Source of the DNA: Mobula hypostoma | Lineage: Eukaryota | Length of the DNA: 64,000 nucleotides | NCBI RefSeq assembly: GCF_963921235.1 | Contig: NC_086097.1 | Location: forward strand, 72,542,001-72,606,000 | Direction: 5' to 3' | In this document: piece by piece, positions 39,155 to 51,992 of the stretch | How positions within the stretch are numbered: the first letter of the stretch is position 1 | Layout of the letters: each line of letters begins with the position of its first letter | Program-made: the position numbers and the translations under genes | Notes under the pieces: model-generated | Told to the model about the DNA's origin: nothing | What the model saw: only the letters and a program-made list of their open reading frames with translations | Databases searched by the model: none

Positions 39155-39635
39155 AGGGGCAAAAGTCTGTAGATATTGAAAATCTGAACCAGAGACAGAA
39201 AATGTTAGAAGGGATCAAAGGTATTTGTGTGAGGGAAGAAGAGTCAATGTTTCAAATCAAAGATCCTGCATAGAAGTTGAAAAGTGGAAAAAAAACAAGT
39301 GGGGTGAAAGGAGAGGACAGGGGCAGTGTCTATGATGGGACGTTGACCAAGGTTTTCAGATTAAAAGTGATCTTGCAAACAGAGATGGAAGAAAAATGAA
39401 ACAAATTGTAACAGAAAGGTATAGCCACATCTGAGGACAGAGGTCGCGTGAAAAGGCACCCCCTCAATCTCACATTGGCCATTTCTAAAGAAATAAAGGA
39501 ATCTAACTACAGAGTCACTGCAATAGTCAGAGCAGGAGTGAAATGGCAAATTAATGTACCAGGTGATCGGAAGCTTCAGGTTACTCCGGCAGATAAAGCA
39601 GGTGTGTAATACAAAGGGATCACCCAATCTAAATT
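39155..39635 (-). mobile_element. Old PLE 3' part with GIY-YIG endonuclease C-terminal remnant
   Basis: RLGDPFVLHTCFICRSNLKLPITWYINLPFHSCSD resembles the PLE GIY-YIG C-terminal pattern R.EH.......PVA.HFN...HS; it is followed by a pyrimidine-rich UTR and a decayed terminal block. Confidence 0.55.
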
Positions 39636-39719
39636 AATTGGTGTATTATTATCACACGTACCAAGATGCAGTCCAGATCCAAATGTTCTAGAGATGAGTG
39701 TAGGACCATAGAGATGGTT

Positions 39720-39856
39720 TCCTCCAGTCCTGATGAAGGGTCTCGGCCCAAAATGTCGACCTACTCTTTTCCATAGATGCTGCCTGGCCTACTGAGTTCC
39801 TCCAGCATTTTGTTTGTGTTGCTTGGATTTCCAGTATCTGCAGATTTACTCTTGTT
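39720..39856 (+). mobile_element. PLE terminal fragment with near-intact hammerhead (39726-39760)
   Basis: AGTC-CTGATGA-A-GGGTCTCGGCCC-AAAA-TGTC-GAC (GAAA to AAAA and CG to TG, consistent with CpG decay) plus the shared 3' terminus. Confidence 0.8.
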
Positions 39857-40319
39857 AGGGAATAAGCGTTCATATGCTGATGAGATCTATGATCCCATTA
39901 ATTATAGTGGAAATTGCAGGTCCATGGAGAGAAAATTACAGTAAAATTAAGTTCCAATTTTAATTATTTATGATGGATATTTTTAATTTAAAAGTGTTTT
40001 TTGTCAACATTATCTCTTCTTTATTTAAATATATGTTTTTGAAATGCTGATCAGAAAGAGCTTTGTAAGCAGGCTTTGCCAACTCTCAGGAATTTTCAGT
40101 GGTTTCATGGCTGGGGCTTCTACTTCATTGCACCCTTTGAAGCTCTGTCCATCTAATGGTCCCACTACTCCAGTCATCTCGCTTGCATCAAGCACTGAGA
40201 ATAGTGAAAGGTCCGTGAAAATAAATCCAAGGCCTCTTCCACCAAGTAACTTTTTGCAAGCCACCAAAAGGTGCTGATTTATGTTATACAGATGAAAGCC
40301 AGCCACATACTTACAGTAC

Positions 40320-41400
40320 GAAGTATTTTAAATGGTTCGAGAATTGGTTAACCAATAGAAGGCAGAGAGTTGGTATAAATGGGTGTTTCTCTGGTTTGCA
40401 GTAAGTGCTGAGTGGAGTGCCACAGGGGTCAGTGCTGTTAATGATATACTGGACATTAATAATTTGGAAGAGAGGGCCAATTGTGACATATCTAAGTTTC
40501 CTAATGAGACTAAATTCAGTGGAAATACAAATTCTGCTGAAGATGCAGAGGGATATAGATAGGTTAGGTAAGTGGGAAAGATTCTGCCAGATGATGTACA
40601 ATATTGGTAAATGTAAGTTCGTCCACTTTGGAAGGAAAAATAGAAGATCAGATTATTATTAAAATTGTGAAAGATTGCAGCATGCTTTTGTGCAGAGAGA
40701 CTTGGGAGAGCTTGTGCATGAATTGCAAAAGGTTGGTTTGCGGGTGCAACTGGTTATCAAGAAGGCAAATGGACTCCATTGCTAGAGAAATTGAATTTAA
40801 GAACAGGGAGATTAAGCTGCAATTGTACAGGGTACTGATGAAGCCGCAGCTGGAGTACTGCATGCAGTCCTGGTCACCTTATCTGAGAAAAGATATATTG
40901 GTTTTGGAGGCAGTGGAAAGAAGATTCATCAGGTTGATTCTGGAGATGAGGGGTTAGCCTATGTGGAGAGATTGAGTCGCTTGGGACAGTACTTACTGAA
41001 AGTCAAAGTGAAAGGGGATCTCATAAAAACAAAAAAATTATGAAAGGGAAAATAAGATAGAGACAGAAAAATTATTTCCATGGTAAGTAAGACTAGAACT
41101 AGGAGGCATAGCCTCAAGATTCAAGGGAATAGAATTAGGACAGAGTTGAAAGGAAATTGTTTTCCCCAGAGAGGAATGAATTTGTTGAATTCTCTGTCTT
41201 GGGAAGCAGTAGAGGCCACCTCATTAAATATATTTAAGACAGTTAGATAAATTTTATGCTGAGCAGGGGAATTGAGGGTTATAGGGAAAAGGCAGGTATG
41301 TGGAGCTGATTCTGCGGCCAGATCAGCCATGATCTTGTTGAATGGCAAAGCAGGGTTCAATGGGCCACATAGCCTATTTTGTTCCTATTTCTTATATTTA
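40320..41400 (+). mobile_element. Decayed CR1 RT and 3' fragment
   Basis: [20 protein letters not shown] and LYRVLMKPQLEYCMQSWSPYLRKDI. Confidence 0.85.
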
Positions 41401-42599
41401 TATATTTAATCAATTTATTACTAATCTTATCAGCGTATAAATGAATTTGGCAGGTATAGATGTCCGAAGCACTCTCTCAGTTTGTTTCTGATTCAACATT
41501 CTTGTGCGTCAAAAACCAAGTCATAAAGACTCTTGTTCCTTTTCTCAGAACTGCTTCATCTATAATCTGAGGGTGTAACATCCTTCATTTGTCCTTTACT
41601 GCTGTCTAATTGGCATATCTGAAGATTCAGTTACGCTGATTGAAGCCATTGTCTGTTTGATTTTGATGGTTCCCTACAAATCATACCTCAGATAGTTTTA
41701 ATTAAAAAGTTGCATGCAAGCTGAAGCACTTCGGTCAATGCAATGAACCTAATGCAGTAAAATGTTGAGACACATTGCTCAGTGGACAGTGTTCTTCCAC
41801 ATTTCTCTTTAATGTATACAAAGCTTTGATCATATTCTGAATTTAAATTAACACTTCCTCGGTATAAATTGGTGTATTGAAGTGTTTCAAGGCTTCTCAA
41901 TGACTACAATGAACAAGATAAGTCTGAACATAGGTCACTAAGTATTTCAGAATGCTCCACTGGAAAAATAGATTTCTATCTTAACAGGAGCATGTCTCTG
42001 TTGAACAAGCATAAATCACAGCAGTCTATAGACATTTTAAGAGTAGTTCTGCATCCAGATTTAGCTGATGCCCACTGCAGACAGTCGTTCGCAGAATGAT
42101 AAGGAATAGGTAGGGGCAAAGTTGTCTGATTGAATTCCCAAATTTCAGATCTACTTGTCCAATTGAATTCCCAAGTTTCAAATCTGCTTGAAAGCGCAGC
42201 TCATTTGTAATTAGTTGGGATTGATCTGGGGAATTCTCAACCTGTAACAGACTGGGCTGTAACAATGCTTTGGTCATTGCTGTCTGCATTGATACTGCAG
42301 TGCTTCATTTCATTTATATTCGCACTGCATTCTGTTTCTTCTATGTTTTGTTCTGTGTTGCATTGTAGAATTGTCAATAAATAAATAATGGTATTGCTTC
42401 CAAATAGAAAACATATCTTCATTTATACATCGATTCAAAGAGCTATAGTAAATACATACATGTGCTGTACGTGCTGTGTTTTCTGCGTGACTGCAGTTTC
42501 TGTGTTTTGCACCTTGGCCCTGGAGGAACACTTTCATTTAGCTCTATTGAGGGCGTTCATGTATGACTGAATGATAATTAAACTTGAACTTGAATTTGA

Positions 42600-43670
42600 A
42601 CTATACGGGATGGGAAAAGGCACTTCAGCCTAACTCATCCATGCTGAACATCAAGCTAGTTACATTTGCTTGTGTTTGGTGGCCCTTTTCTCTCTAAACC
42701 CCTCCTGTCCCTGTATTTATCCAAATGTCTTTTGAATGCTACTACTGTACCTTCCTTAAGCATTTTCTCTGGCAGCTCATTCCTGATAATCATCACCCTC
42801 TGTATGAAGAAGCTGCCCTTCAAACCTCTCTTGCATTTTTCACCTGTCACCTTAAATCTATGCCTTATAGATTTTAGTTCCCCTTCCTTGGGAACTAGGG
42901 AAGGGGGTGTTGACATTGTATGTATACTTTATCCATGCCCCTCATGATTTTATACACCTCTCTAAGGCCACCCGTCAATCTCCTCTGCTTCAAGGAATAA
43001 AGTCCTAGCCTGTCTAACCACTCCATGTAACTTAAGCCCTCGAGTTCTGACAGCGTCCTCGCAAATCTTCTGTGCACTCCTTCTGGGTTAATGATGTCTT
43101 TCCTATGACAAAACAGCCAAAACTGGGCATAATCCTTCAAGTGTAGTCTTACCAATGCCTTGTACAGTAGCTAAACTCAACACACTGACTAACAAAGCCC
43201 AACCTGCCATACACCACCTTTGCCACCCTGACGAACAGTGACATTGCATTCAACAAACTATGTACTTGTGCTCCAAGATCTCTCCATTCCACAACACTCC
43301 CCAGGGCCTGAACATTAATTGTATAAATCCTACCCTGGTTCAACTTCCCAATATGTAACACTTTCCACTTAATCTGATTGACAGCCATTTATCAATCCTC
43401 AGCCCACTTACCCTGCTGATCAAGATCCCCTGGTATTTTTTTAAAATATTCACGCTGTACAACGTCATCTATCATGTGCAAACTTCCCATCATGTCTTGT
43501 ACATTCACATCCAAATTGCTTGTATAAGGGTCCCAGCATTGACTCCTGTGGCACACCACTAATCATAGACCTGCAATCTGAGAAACAAACTTAGACCCAT
43601 CACTATCTGCTTCCTACTAAATAATCTATTGCGAATCTAAGTAGCTATCTTCCCTGAATCCCATGTGATC
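42600..43670 (-). mobile_element. Decayed CR1 RT and 3' fragment
   Basis: LSYMEWLDRLGLYSLKQRRLTGGLREVYKIMRGMD and FFIQRVMIIRNELP. Confidence 0.85.
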
Positions 43671-44231
43671 CAAAACTGCCTCTTGAAAATTACTTTTTGA
43701 AAATTTAGGTTATTTAGAAATGTCAAAATCTGTTAATGGCGCAAGGAGTGCAAATGAATATTTGTATAAATACATCCATTGCTTCAGTCCAATTAAAGTC
43801 TTCACACCCTTATCAATGCTCTTGATATACTGTACTGTATTATTCTAATACAATTTGAGCTGCTTCCCACTTTCTGATCTCCATAAATTTTTGTTATTCA
43901 AGATGGTACTACTCATGCCCGAATTCACTAAACCCCATTCATCAATCCTTGTGGGGACTGACCTACACTGACTCCCATTTTTCAAATCCTTCCATGACCT
44001 TAACCTTTCCCATTTCATAAACTTCCCCCAGCAGTATAATCTTCCAACATCTCTGTTTTGCCCGGACTCTCACATCTTGTGCATCATTTAATCATTTCAT
44101 CATTAATGACTGTGTCTTCATCCGATAAGCACATAAACTGGAATTTTCTCCCAAAACACCTTGCCTGCCAACCTCTTTTTCATTCTGTAGGAGTACTTGA
44201 AATAAAACTCTTTCTCAAAGGCTATAGCTCT

Positions 44232-46985
44232 TAAGACCACAAGTCATTGGAACAGAATTAGTCCATTGAGTCCACTCCACTATTCCATCAAGGCTAATTT
44301 ATTTTCCCTCTCAAACCCATTCTCCTGCCCTCTCCCCATAACCTTTGATGCCCTGAATAATCAAGAACCTATCAACCTCTGTTTTAAATATATCCAATGG
44401 CTTTTCCTCCACAGCCTGAGACCATAAGACACAGGAGCAGAATTAGGCCATTCTGCCCATCGCCATTCCATCATGGCTGACCCTGGATCCCACTCAACCC
44501 CACACACCTGCCTTCTAGCCATACCGTTTGATGCCTGGACCAATCAGGAAATGATCAGCTCCCACCTTAAGTACTCCCATGGACTTGGTCTCTGCTGCAG
44601 TCTGTAGCAGAGCATTCCACTTCTGTGGCAATGATTTCCACAGGTTCACTATCAACTGGCTAAAGAAATTCTTCCTCATCTCTGATTTTAATGGATGTCC
44701 CTCTATTCTGAGGCTGTGCCCTCCGGTTCTAGACTCTCCCACTATAGGAAACATCCCCTCTTTCTAGGCTGTTCAAAATTTGATAGGTTGCAATGAGATC
44801 CCCACTCACTCTTCTAAACTCTAGTGAGTACAGGCCCAGAGCCATCAAAAGTTGATCGTATGTTAACCCTTTCCCAGAATCATTCTCATAAAGCTCCCCT
44901 GGATCGTCTCCAACGTCAGGACATCTTTTCTTATATAAGGGCCCAAATCTGCTGCCTTATAAAGCCTCAGCAATCTATCCTTGCTTTTATATTCTGATCC
45001 CTTCAAAATGAATACTAACATTGCATTGGCCATCCTTACTACTGATTCAACCTGCAAGTTAACATTTAGGGAATGCTACACAAGGACTCCCAGATTCCTT
45101 CACTCCTCTGAGTTTTGACTTTTTTCCCCATTTAGAATCTTTCAGAACCCTGGCGTGTAGTCCATGCCTTTATTCCTCCTAAGTAAATGAACAACCATAC
45201 ACTTCGCCACACTATTTTCCATCCGCCACTTCTTTGCCCATTTTCCCAATCTGTCTGAGTCCTTTGTCATACTCCCTGCTTCCTTAACAATACCTGACCC
45301 TCCACATACCTTTATATCACCCACCAGTTGGCCACAAAACCATCAATTCCATCATCCAGATCATTAACATACTGTAAAACGTGAAAAGAAGTGCTCCCAA
45401 CACCAACACCTGTGGAACACCACTAGTCATCATCAGCCAACCAGAATAAGCCCCATTTATTCCCACTCTTTGCCTCCTGCCACTGAGCGAATCTTCTATC
45501 CATGTGAGTACCTTCCCTGTAATACCATGGGTTCTTATCTTATTGAGCACTCTCACGTGTAACATCTTGTCAAAGACGTTTTGAAAATCCAAGTAAGCAA
45601 CATCCACTGACTCTCCTTTATCTTTCCTGCCTATTGTTTCCTCAAAGATTTCCAACAGATTTTACCGGCAAGATTTCCCCTTAAGGAAATCATGCTGACA
45701 TTGGCCTATTTTATTATGTGCCACCAAATACCCTGAAACCTCATCCTTTATAATGGACTTCAACATCTTCTTAACCACTGAAGTCAGGTTAAATGACCTA
45801 TAATTTTGTTTATTCTGCCTCCTTCCTTTCTAAAGAAGTGCAGTAACACTTGCAATTTTCTAGTCTTCTGAAACCTTACCAGAATCTAGTGCTTCCTGAA
45901 AGGTTATTACTAATGCCTCTACAGTCTCTTTAGATACATCTTTCAGAACCCTGGGAGTAGTCCATCTGGGTTAGGTGACCTATCTGCCTTCAAACCTTTC
46001 ATCTTCCCGAGCACCTTCAAGTTCAATTTCAGGTTCAAGTTTATTGTCAACCAAACAAAATAATGTTCCTCCAGACCATGTTTCACCCACACTATGTATG
46101 TCACCTTCTCCTTGTAATAGGATTAAGGTTAGATTCACTTATGACCCCTGACACTCTCAAATTTCTGGTATATTACTGGTGTCTTCCACAGTGAAGATGG
46201 ATGCAATGTACTTACTAAGTTCGTCCACCATTTCTTTGTCTCCCATTACTACCTCTCTAGCATCATGTTCCAGCGGTCCAATATCCACTCACAGCTCTCT
46301 TTTATTATTTATATATCTGGAAAAAACTTTTGGTATCCTCTTTTATGTTATTAGCTAGCATACTTTCATATTTCAGTTTTTCCTCTCCTTATTGCTTTTT
46401 AGTTGCCTTCTGTTGGTTTTTAAAAGCTTTCCAATCCTCTAACTTCCCACTAATTTGTCAAATATTATTTGCCTACACTTTTGCTTTTTTGCTGTCTTTG
46501 ACTTCCCTTGTCATCCTCTCTTTGCAATACTACTTCATCTTTGAGATGTATCTATCTTTTACTATTGTCCCCTTCCTGTCAACTTTGGCCAGCTCCTTTC
46601 TCGTGCCTCTGTAATTCCCTTTACTTCACTGTAACACAGATAATATCTGATTTTAGCTTCACTCTCTCAAACTGCAGGATGAATTCTATCATATAATGAT
46701 CATGGTCTCCTAGGGGTTCCTTTGCCTTAAGCTCCCTAATCAAATCCAAATAATTACACAACACCTAATCCAGAATTGCCTTTTCCCTAGTGGGCTCACC
46801 CACAGCCGCTCTAAAAAGCCATCTCATAGGCATTCTACAAACTCCCTCTCTTTGGATCCAGCACCAACCTGATTTTCCCGATCTACCTGCAAATTGAAAT
46901 CCCCATGATCATTGTAACATTTCCCTTTTCATGTGCCTTTTCCATCTGCCTTTGTAATTTGTATCCCTCATCCTGCTTACTGTCA
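44232..46985 (-). mobile_element. Decayed CR1 ORF2, with a nested second CR1 3' end at about 44420-44620
   Basis: VDVAYLDFQNVFDKMLH..SGVPQVLVLG RT motifs; endonuclease MGDFN remnant near 46900; two AGACCA.AAG.CA..GGA.CAGAATTAG tails (44233 and 44420). Confidence 0.85.
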
Positions 46986-47747
46986 TGTCCTAAGCACACT
47001 CCTTTCTTTAGTTCAGAATTGTTCTTGAGAAACAGTTTAACTAACAGCTGTTAATTTAAACGATACCTGATCACATCTGCATTTAAAGCATATTTTTCCC
47101 TGTTCTTCCCAATCTCAAAAACAATTGCATAGCAGAGGTAGTCACTAGCACTTCTTACCGTTTCATCAAGTCCACTGAATTGGCATTTGCATCATTCACT
47201 CACAAAGTGCATGTCATCCTGAAGTTATTTGTTTCTTGTTAACTGCTGAACCTCTATATTCCATGTTAATAGCACTGTGAAATTCTATCCAGTGCTTATG
47301 CTACTGTTTTAAAGTTTACATTGAATAATGCAGTATGATTAACATCAGAAATAGAGCTTTATATTCAAGATCCAAGTTCAATTGGAATAGCTTGTAACCT
47401 CTACTTTGCACTGAAAGAAATGGGCATTGTATTTGGTAGAAATTAGTGGCCAGACATGATGTGCCTACAATAAAATCAATAAAATAACAAATTTTGATAC
47501 CCAATTATGTTTTGAATAAATTTCAAATTTCAGATGTAAATCTACTGACCTCCACTTCCAACTACCCACCTGCCCTCCTACTATACAGGGTCCAGTGGCA
47601 CTACAGCAACTTCCTCTGTTGCAGTACCAGTCATTTATTTTGTGTTTGAATGACTATTTCATGTTAGTTATTACATTATGTCTTTAGTCGGTTTTAATTT
47701 TCACATTATTTAATTGTATTTTAACTCATTTTTAGTTTTGGAAAATA

Positions 47748-48170
47748 CACTCAGTGGCTATTTTATTAGGTACAATTGTTTAGCTGCTTGTTAAGGCAAA
47801 TATCTAATCAATTATGTGAGAGCAACTCAATGCATAAAAGCATGCAGACATGGTCACACACAGCAATCTCTAGAGTTTACAGAGAATGGTGCAAGAAACC
47901 AAAAACATCCAGTGAGCGGCAGTTCTGTGGACAAAAAGGCTTTGTTAATGAAAGAGGTCTAAGCAAAATGTTCAGACTGGTTCAAGCTAACAGGAAAGCA
48001 ATAGTTATTCCAATAACTATGCTTTTCAGCAGTGGTGTGCAGAAGATCATCTCTGAACACACAACACATCGAACCATTAAGTGGATGAGCTATTGCAGCA
48101 GACCATGAACATATACTCAGCAGGCACTTTATTAGCTACAGAAAGTACCTAATAAAGTGGACACCGAGTG
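47748..48170 (+). mobile_element. Tc1/mariner internally deleted DNA transposon
   Basis: TIRs CACTCAGTGGCTATTTTATTAGGTAC / GTACCTAATAAAGTGGACACCGAGTG flanked by TA; transposase HTH remnant HTAISRVYREWCKKPKTSSERQFCGQK. Confidence 0.85.
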
Positions 48171-48197
48171 TATGTACATACAGTTTCTTTGAAAAAC

Positions 48198-48745
48198 CCT
48201 ATACATCTGCAAGACGATGCTGAGGATGTTCTACGAGTCTGTGGTGGCCAGTGCGATCATGTTTGCTGTTGTGTGCTGGGGCAGCAGGCTGAGGGTACCA
48301 GACACCAACAGAATCAACAAACTCATTCGTAAGGCCAGTGATGTTGTGGGGTTGGAACTGGACTCTCTCACGGTGGTATCTGAAAAGAGGATGCTGTCTA
48401 AGTTGCATGCCATCTTGGACAATGTTTCCCATCCAGTACATAATGTACTGGGTGGGCACAGGAGTACATTCAGCCAGAGACTCATTCCACCAAGATGCAA
48501 CACAGAGCGTCATAGGAAGTCATTCCTGCCTTTGGCCATCAAACTTTACAACTCCTCCCTTGGAGGGTCAGACACCCTGAGCCAATAGGCTGGTCCTGGA
48601 CTTATTTCATAATTTACTGGCATAATTTACATATTACTATTTAACTATTTATGGTTCTATTCCTATTTATTATTTATGGTGCAACTGTAACGAAGACCAA
48701 TTTCCCCCGGGATGAATAAAGTATGACTATGACTATGACTATGAC
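48198..48745 (+). mobile_element. Young Rex1-like LINE 3' end with (ATGACT)n tail
   Basis: Open frame MLRMFYESVVASAIMFAVVCWG..TERHRKSFLPLAIKLYN; AATAAAGT then about four ATGACT units. Confidence 0.85.
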
Positions 48746-49364
48746 AAGTTTGACAGATAGCAACATTAGCAACACAGTTTAGTTGTCTTTTGAAGGTTGC
48801 CTGAGGAGTAACAATGTGGGGGCTTGATTCTAATTTGTCCATGTCACTCAGTTACTTTGGTTGAAATTATTTTGCTACTCAGGGCCTCAATGTGGGGTTT
48901 CAAGACAGTCTAGATCAGCAAGATTAGTCTTCCAGATTACCCTTCTTTAAATGGTACCATGGGATTTTTCATGTCCATATCTGACAGAGCCTGAGTTTAC
49001 CATCCCTTCCAAATGATAGCACCTCTAATGTAAAAACACATGCCATTTTTGTGCATGTTAGATTGTACTGATCATTACATCCTAGAGATATTGGGCTGAT
49101 GCATCCTTGTGGAGTTCACCTTAGTATGTCACACAATTTGTTCTCAGATTTTCAGAGAGAATAAAGGATCAAATGTCACAGCAGATCAAAAAAGGATCTA
49201 ATGGGTCCCTATTGTCCAATTGATAAACTGCTCTCTGCATCTGCCATTGTCACTATTTATTGTTCAGCATATTTCAATCAGCACGGTATTACTTCTTGCA
49301 TTCTTTTTGTATTTGGACTGCAGTTTTTCACACTACCCTGAATCCAAGGTTCATAATGATGTAG

Positions 49365-49781
49365 GGTCTAATCTTTATATATGATCACACCTGCGATCTA
49401 ATCTTTATATATGATCACACCTGCGATCTAATCTTTATATATGATCACACCTGAGATCTAATCTTTATATATGATCGCACCTGGAATCTAATCTTTATAT
49501 GTGATCGCACCTGGGATCTAATCTTTCTATGTGATCGCACCTGGGATCTAATCTTTATATGTGATCGCACCTGGGGTCTAATCTTTATATGTGATCGCAC
49601 CCGGGGTCTAATCTTTATATGTGACCGCACCTGGGATCTAATCTTTATACGTGATCACACCTGGGATCTAATCTTTATACGTGATCACACCTGGGATCTA
49701 ATCTTTATACGTGACCACACCTGGGATCTAATCTTTATACGTGATCACACCTGGGATCTAATCTTTATATGTGACAACACC
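49365..49781. repeat. 30-bp minisatellite, about 14 copies (GATCTAATCTTTATATGTGATCRCACCTGG)
   Basis: CTAATCTTT recurs every 30 bp from 49368 to 49758. Confidence 0.97.
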
Positions 49782-51190
49782 GAGAGATGCACAACCTGAC
49801 TCACTGCACATATGCACCCTCTCCCTTTGCCCACACAATCCCTCAGCACAGCAGTAGGTATTCTGCAGCTATTCTGTGGCTGCCATGGAGACGAGCTCTT
49901 TAAGCACCTGACTTGCCTCCATGCTTCATTGTGCAATGAAATGGCAGCTACAATCTCTAACAGCAGCTGCTGTTGGAAACCACACTGGTGTAGTTTTACC
50001 ATATGATTCAGTGAGTAAAACAGCCATGTGTTTATTTCTTTCTGTCTTTTTTTTCTTTCTTCCTTTCTTTTTGCAGCACAGTAATAAACCCTTCTGGCCT
50101 GATGAGCTCATGCCGCATTTTCATCTGGATTTTGTTTCCAATTATGCAAAGCTCTGCTTTGTGTACTGATAAAGGATGAACTCCAATTTCTGGGCCACTC
50201 TTCTTTATGCTATGCAATGAAGAACATACACAGTAAAAACTGTTTTTACTGCGGTTGTATTCTTATTGCTAAGTAATGCTTGCTGATGTGTGTTTCCTTT
50301 TTTGAAAGAAATGAACACTTTTTTAACTAGTCACCAAAAATTTCTATCTATCAACAACACAAATAAACTACTCCAGTCAGTGAAGTCACTATAAAGCAAA
50401 TAACTTACTGAATCTAATTTATTGTAATTCTGGACAATGTTAATGTTGTGCACAATGGCACAGACAGTATTGGTAGCAGAAATTCCTTTAACAGTAGATC
50501 ATTAACAATTTATATATATATATTTGAGTACTGGCATTATTTTCACAGGTTTATTCTAGCTTTATCAGCAGACTCTTATAGTAGCATTTAAGTTGCATTT
50601 TAAAATTAAATCCTAATTGTTGGAATAAGCAGCTGGATTAGGAATTTTGAGCAATCAGGCGATGAAACCCTCTTTTAAATGTAACAATCAGAAATTTAGT
50701 AATAATTTCAGTTTGGTTTGAAAGTACAACATTTGCCCAACAATGTTAATGTTACACAAGAGACTCTTCCTATCTTTTTTCGTCTCACCCTATCAATATC
50801 TTCCCCTGTTCATTATTCTCTCAGGTACTTCATGAGCTTCCCTTTTTAATTGCTTCTACACCATTTACCTCAAACCACATTGTGTGGTAGCAAGTATTCT
50901 TACGACTGTTAGACTCTTATCATTTTATAATGACAGTCAAGTAATTCCAGTTCCCTGTATATTCAATAAAAAATCTAAATCAGCTTACACGAAGCCGCAA
51001 ATATTTACACAATACGGGGTATAATTCTGTTACATTCCAGGAAGTTTTTAGTTTTTTGTGATAGTAGTCACCTTTGTGAATATAAACATACCTATTTTAT
51101 CATTGTTGAAAGGAAATCCACTGAGATTTTTGTTTCTATTTTTATTCCTTCAAGGGATGTGGATTTCTCAGGCTAAGCCAACATTTAATT

Positions 51191-51291
51191 CTTGAAGAAG
51201 GGTTTTGGCCTGAAATGTTGACTGTTTACTCTTTTCCATAGATGATACCTGGCCTGCTGAGTTCCTCCAGCATCTTATGTGTGTTGCTCAT
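51191..51291 (+). mobile_element. PLE terminal fragment with degenerate hammerhead and 9-bp TSD
   Basis: CATTTAATT at 51182-51190 and 51292-51300; TTGAAGA-A-GGGTTTTGGCCT-GAAA-TGTT-GACTG plus the shared terminus. Confidence 0.75.
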
Positions 51292-51992
51292 CATTTAATT
51301 GCCTGTCCCTAATTACTCTTGGGAAGGTAGTGACAAGCTACCTCATGAATAGCTGTAGTCCTTGAGGTGTTGGTGTACCCACCATGCTGTTAGGGAAGGA
51401 GGTCCAGGATTGCGACCCAATGATGGTGAAGGAACAATGATATAGTTCCAAAATTAGGATGGTGTTTGGTTTGGAGGGTGTCTTCCATAAGGTGGTATTT
51501 CCATGCCTTTGCTAACCTGTCCGTTTAGCTGGTGGAAGCTGTAGGTTTAGAAAGTGCTTTCCAATGAGTCTTGATGAATCGCTGTTTCTGTGTGTTGGTA
51601 GTGGAGTGACTGAAATGTTGTGCATGGGCTGTGTATCCAGTGGGTTCTGTGCCCTGTATGAGCTTCTTGAGTGTTGTTGAAGTGCCATTCATCCTGGCTA
51701 GTGGAGAGCATTGAGCCTTGTAAGATGGTGGACATACTTTGGGGAGTCAGGGAGTGAGATACCCACCACAGAATTTTTACCTTCTGTTCTGCTCTTGTTG
51801 ACACACTGCGGATATGAGTACTTCAATTCAGTTTCTGTCAAAGGTAATCACTAAGATATTGATAGTGGGGGATTCAGTGATGGTAGTGCTATTGATTGTC
51901 ATGGGGTGCTAGATAGATTTTCTGAATATCACCACCTGAGGAGTCATGAATGGTGTTGAACGTTGAGCAGTCATCAGTAAACATGCCTATTT

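Noticed and set aside
42130..42190. 33-bp imperfect tandem duplication (TTGAATTCCCAA.TTTCA.ATCT.CTTG)
   Set aside because: Only two copies, consistent with simple slippage; no further structure supported.
49365..49781. Regular 30-bp periodic array resembling a CRISPR array, and the repetitive ORF at 49445-49630
   Set aside because: No unique spacers, units are contiguous, the context is a vertebrate intron with no cas genes, and the ORF is a by-product of the 30-bp period.
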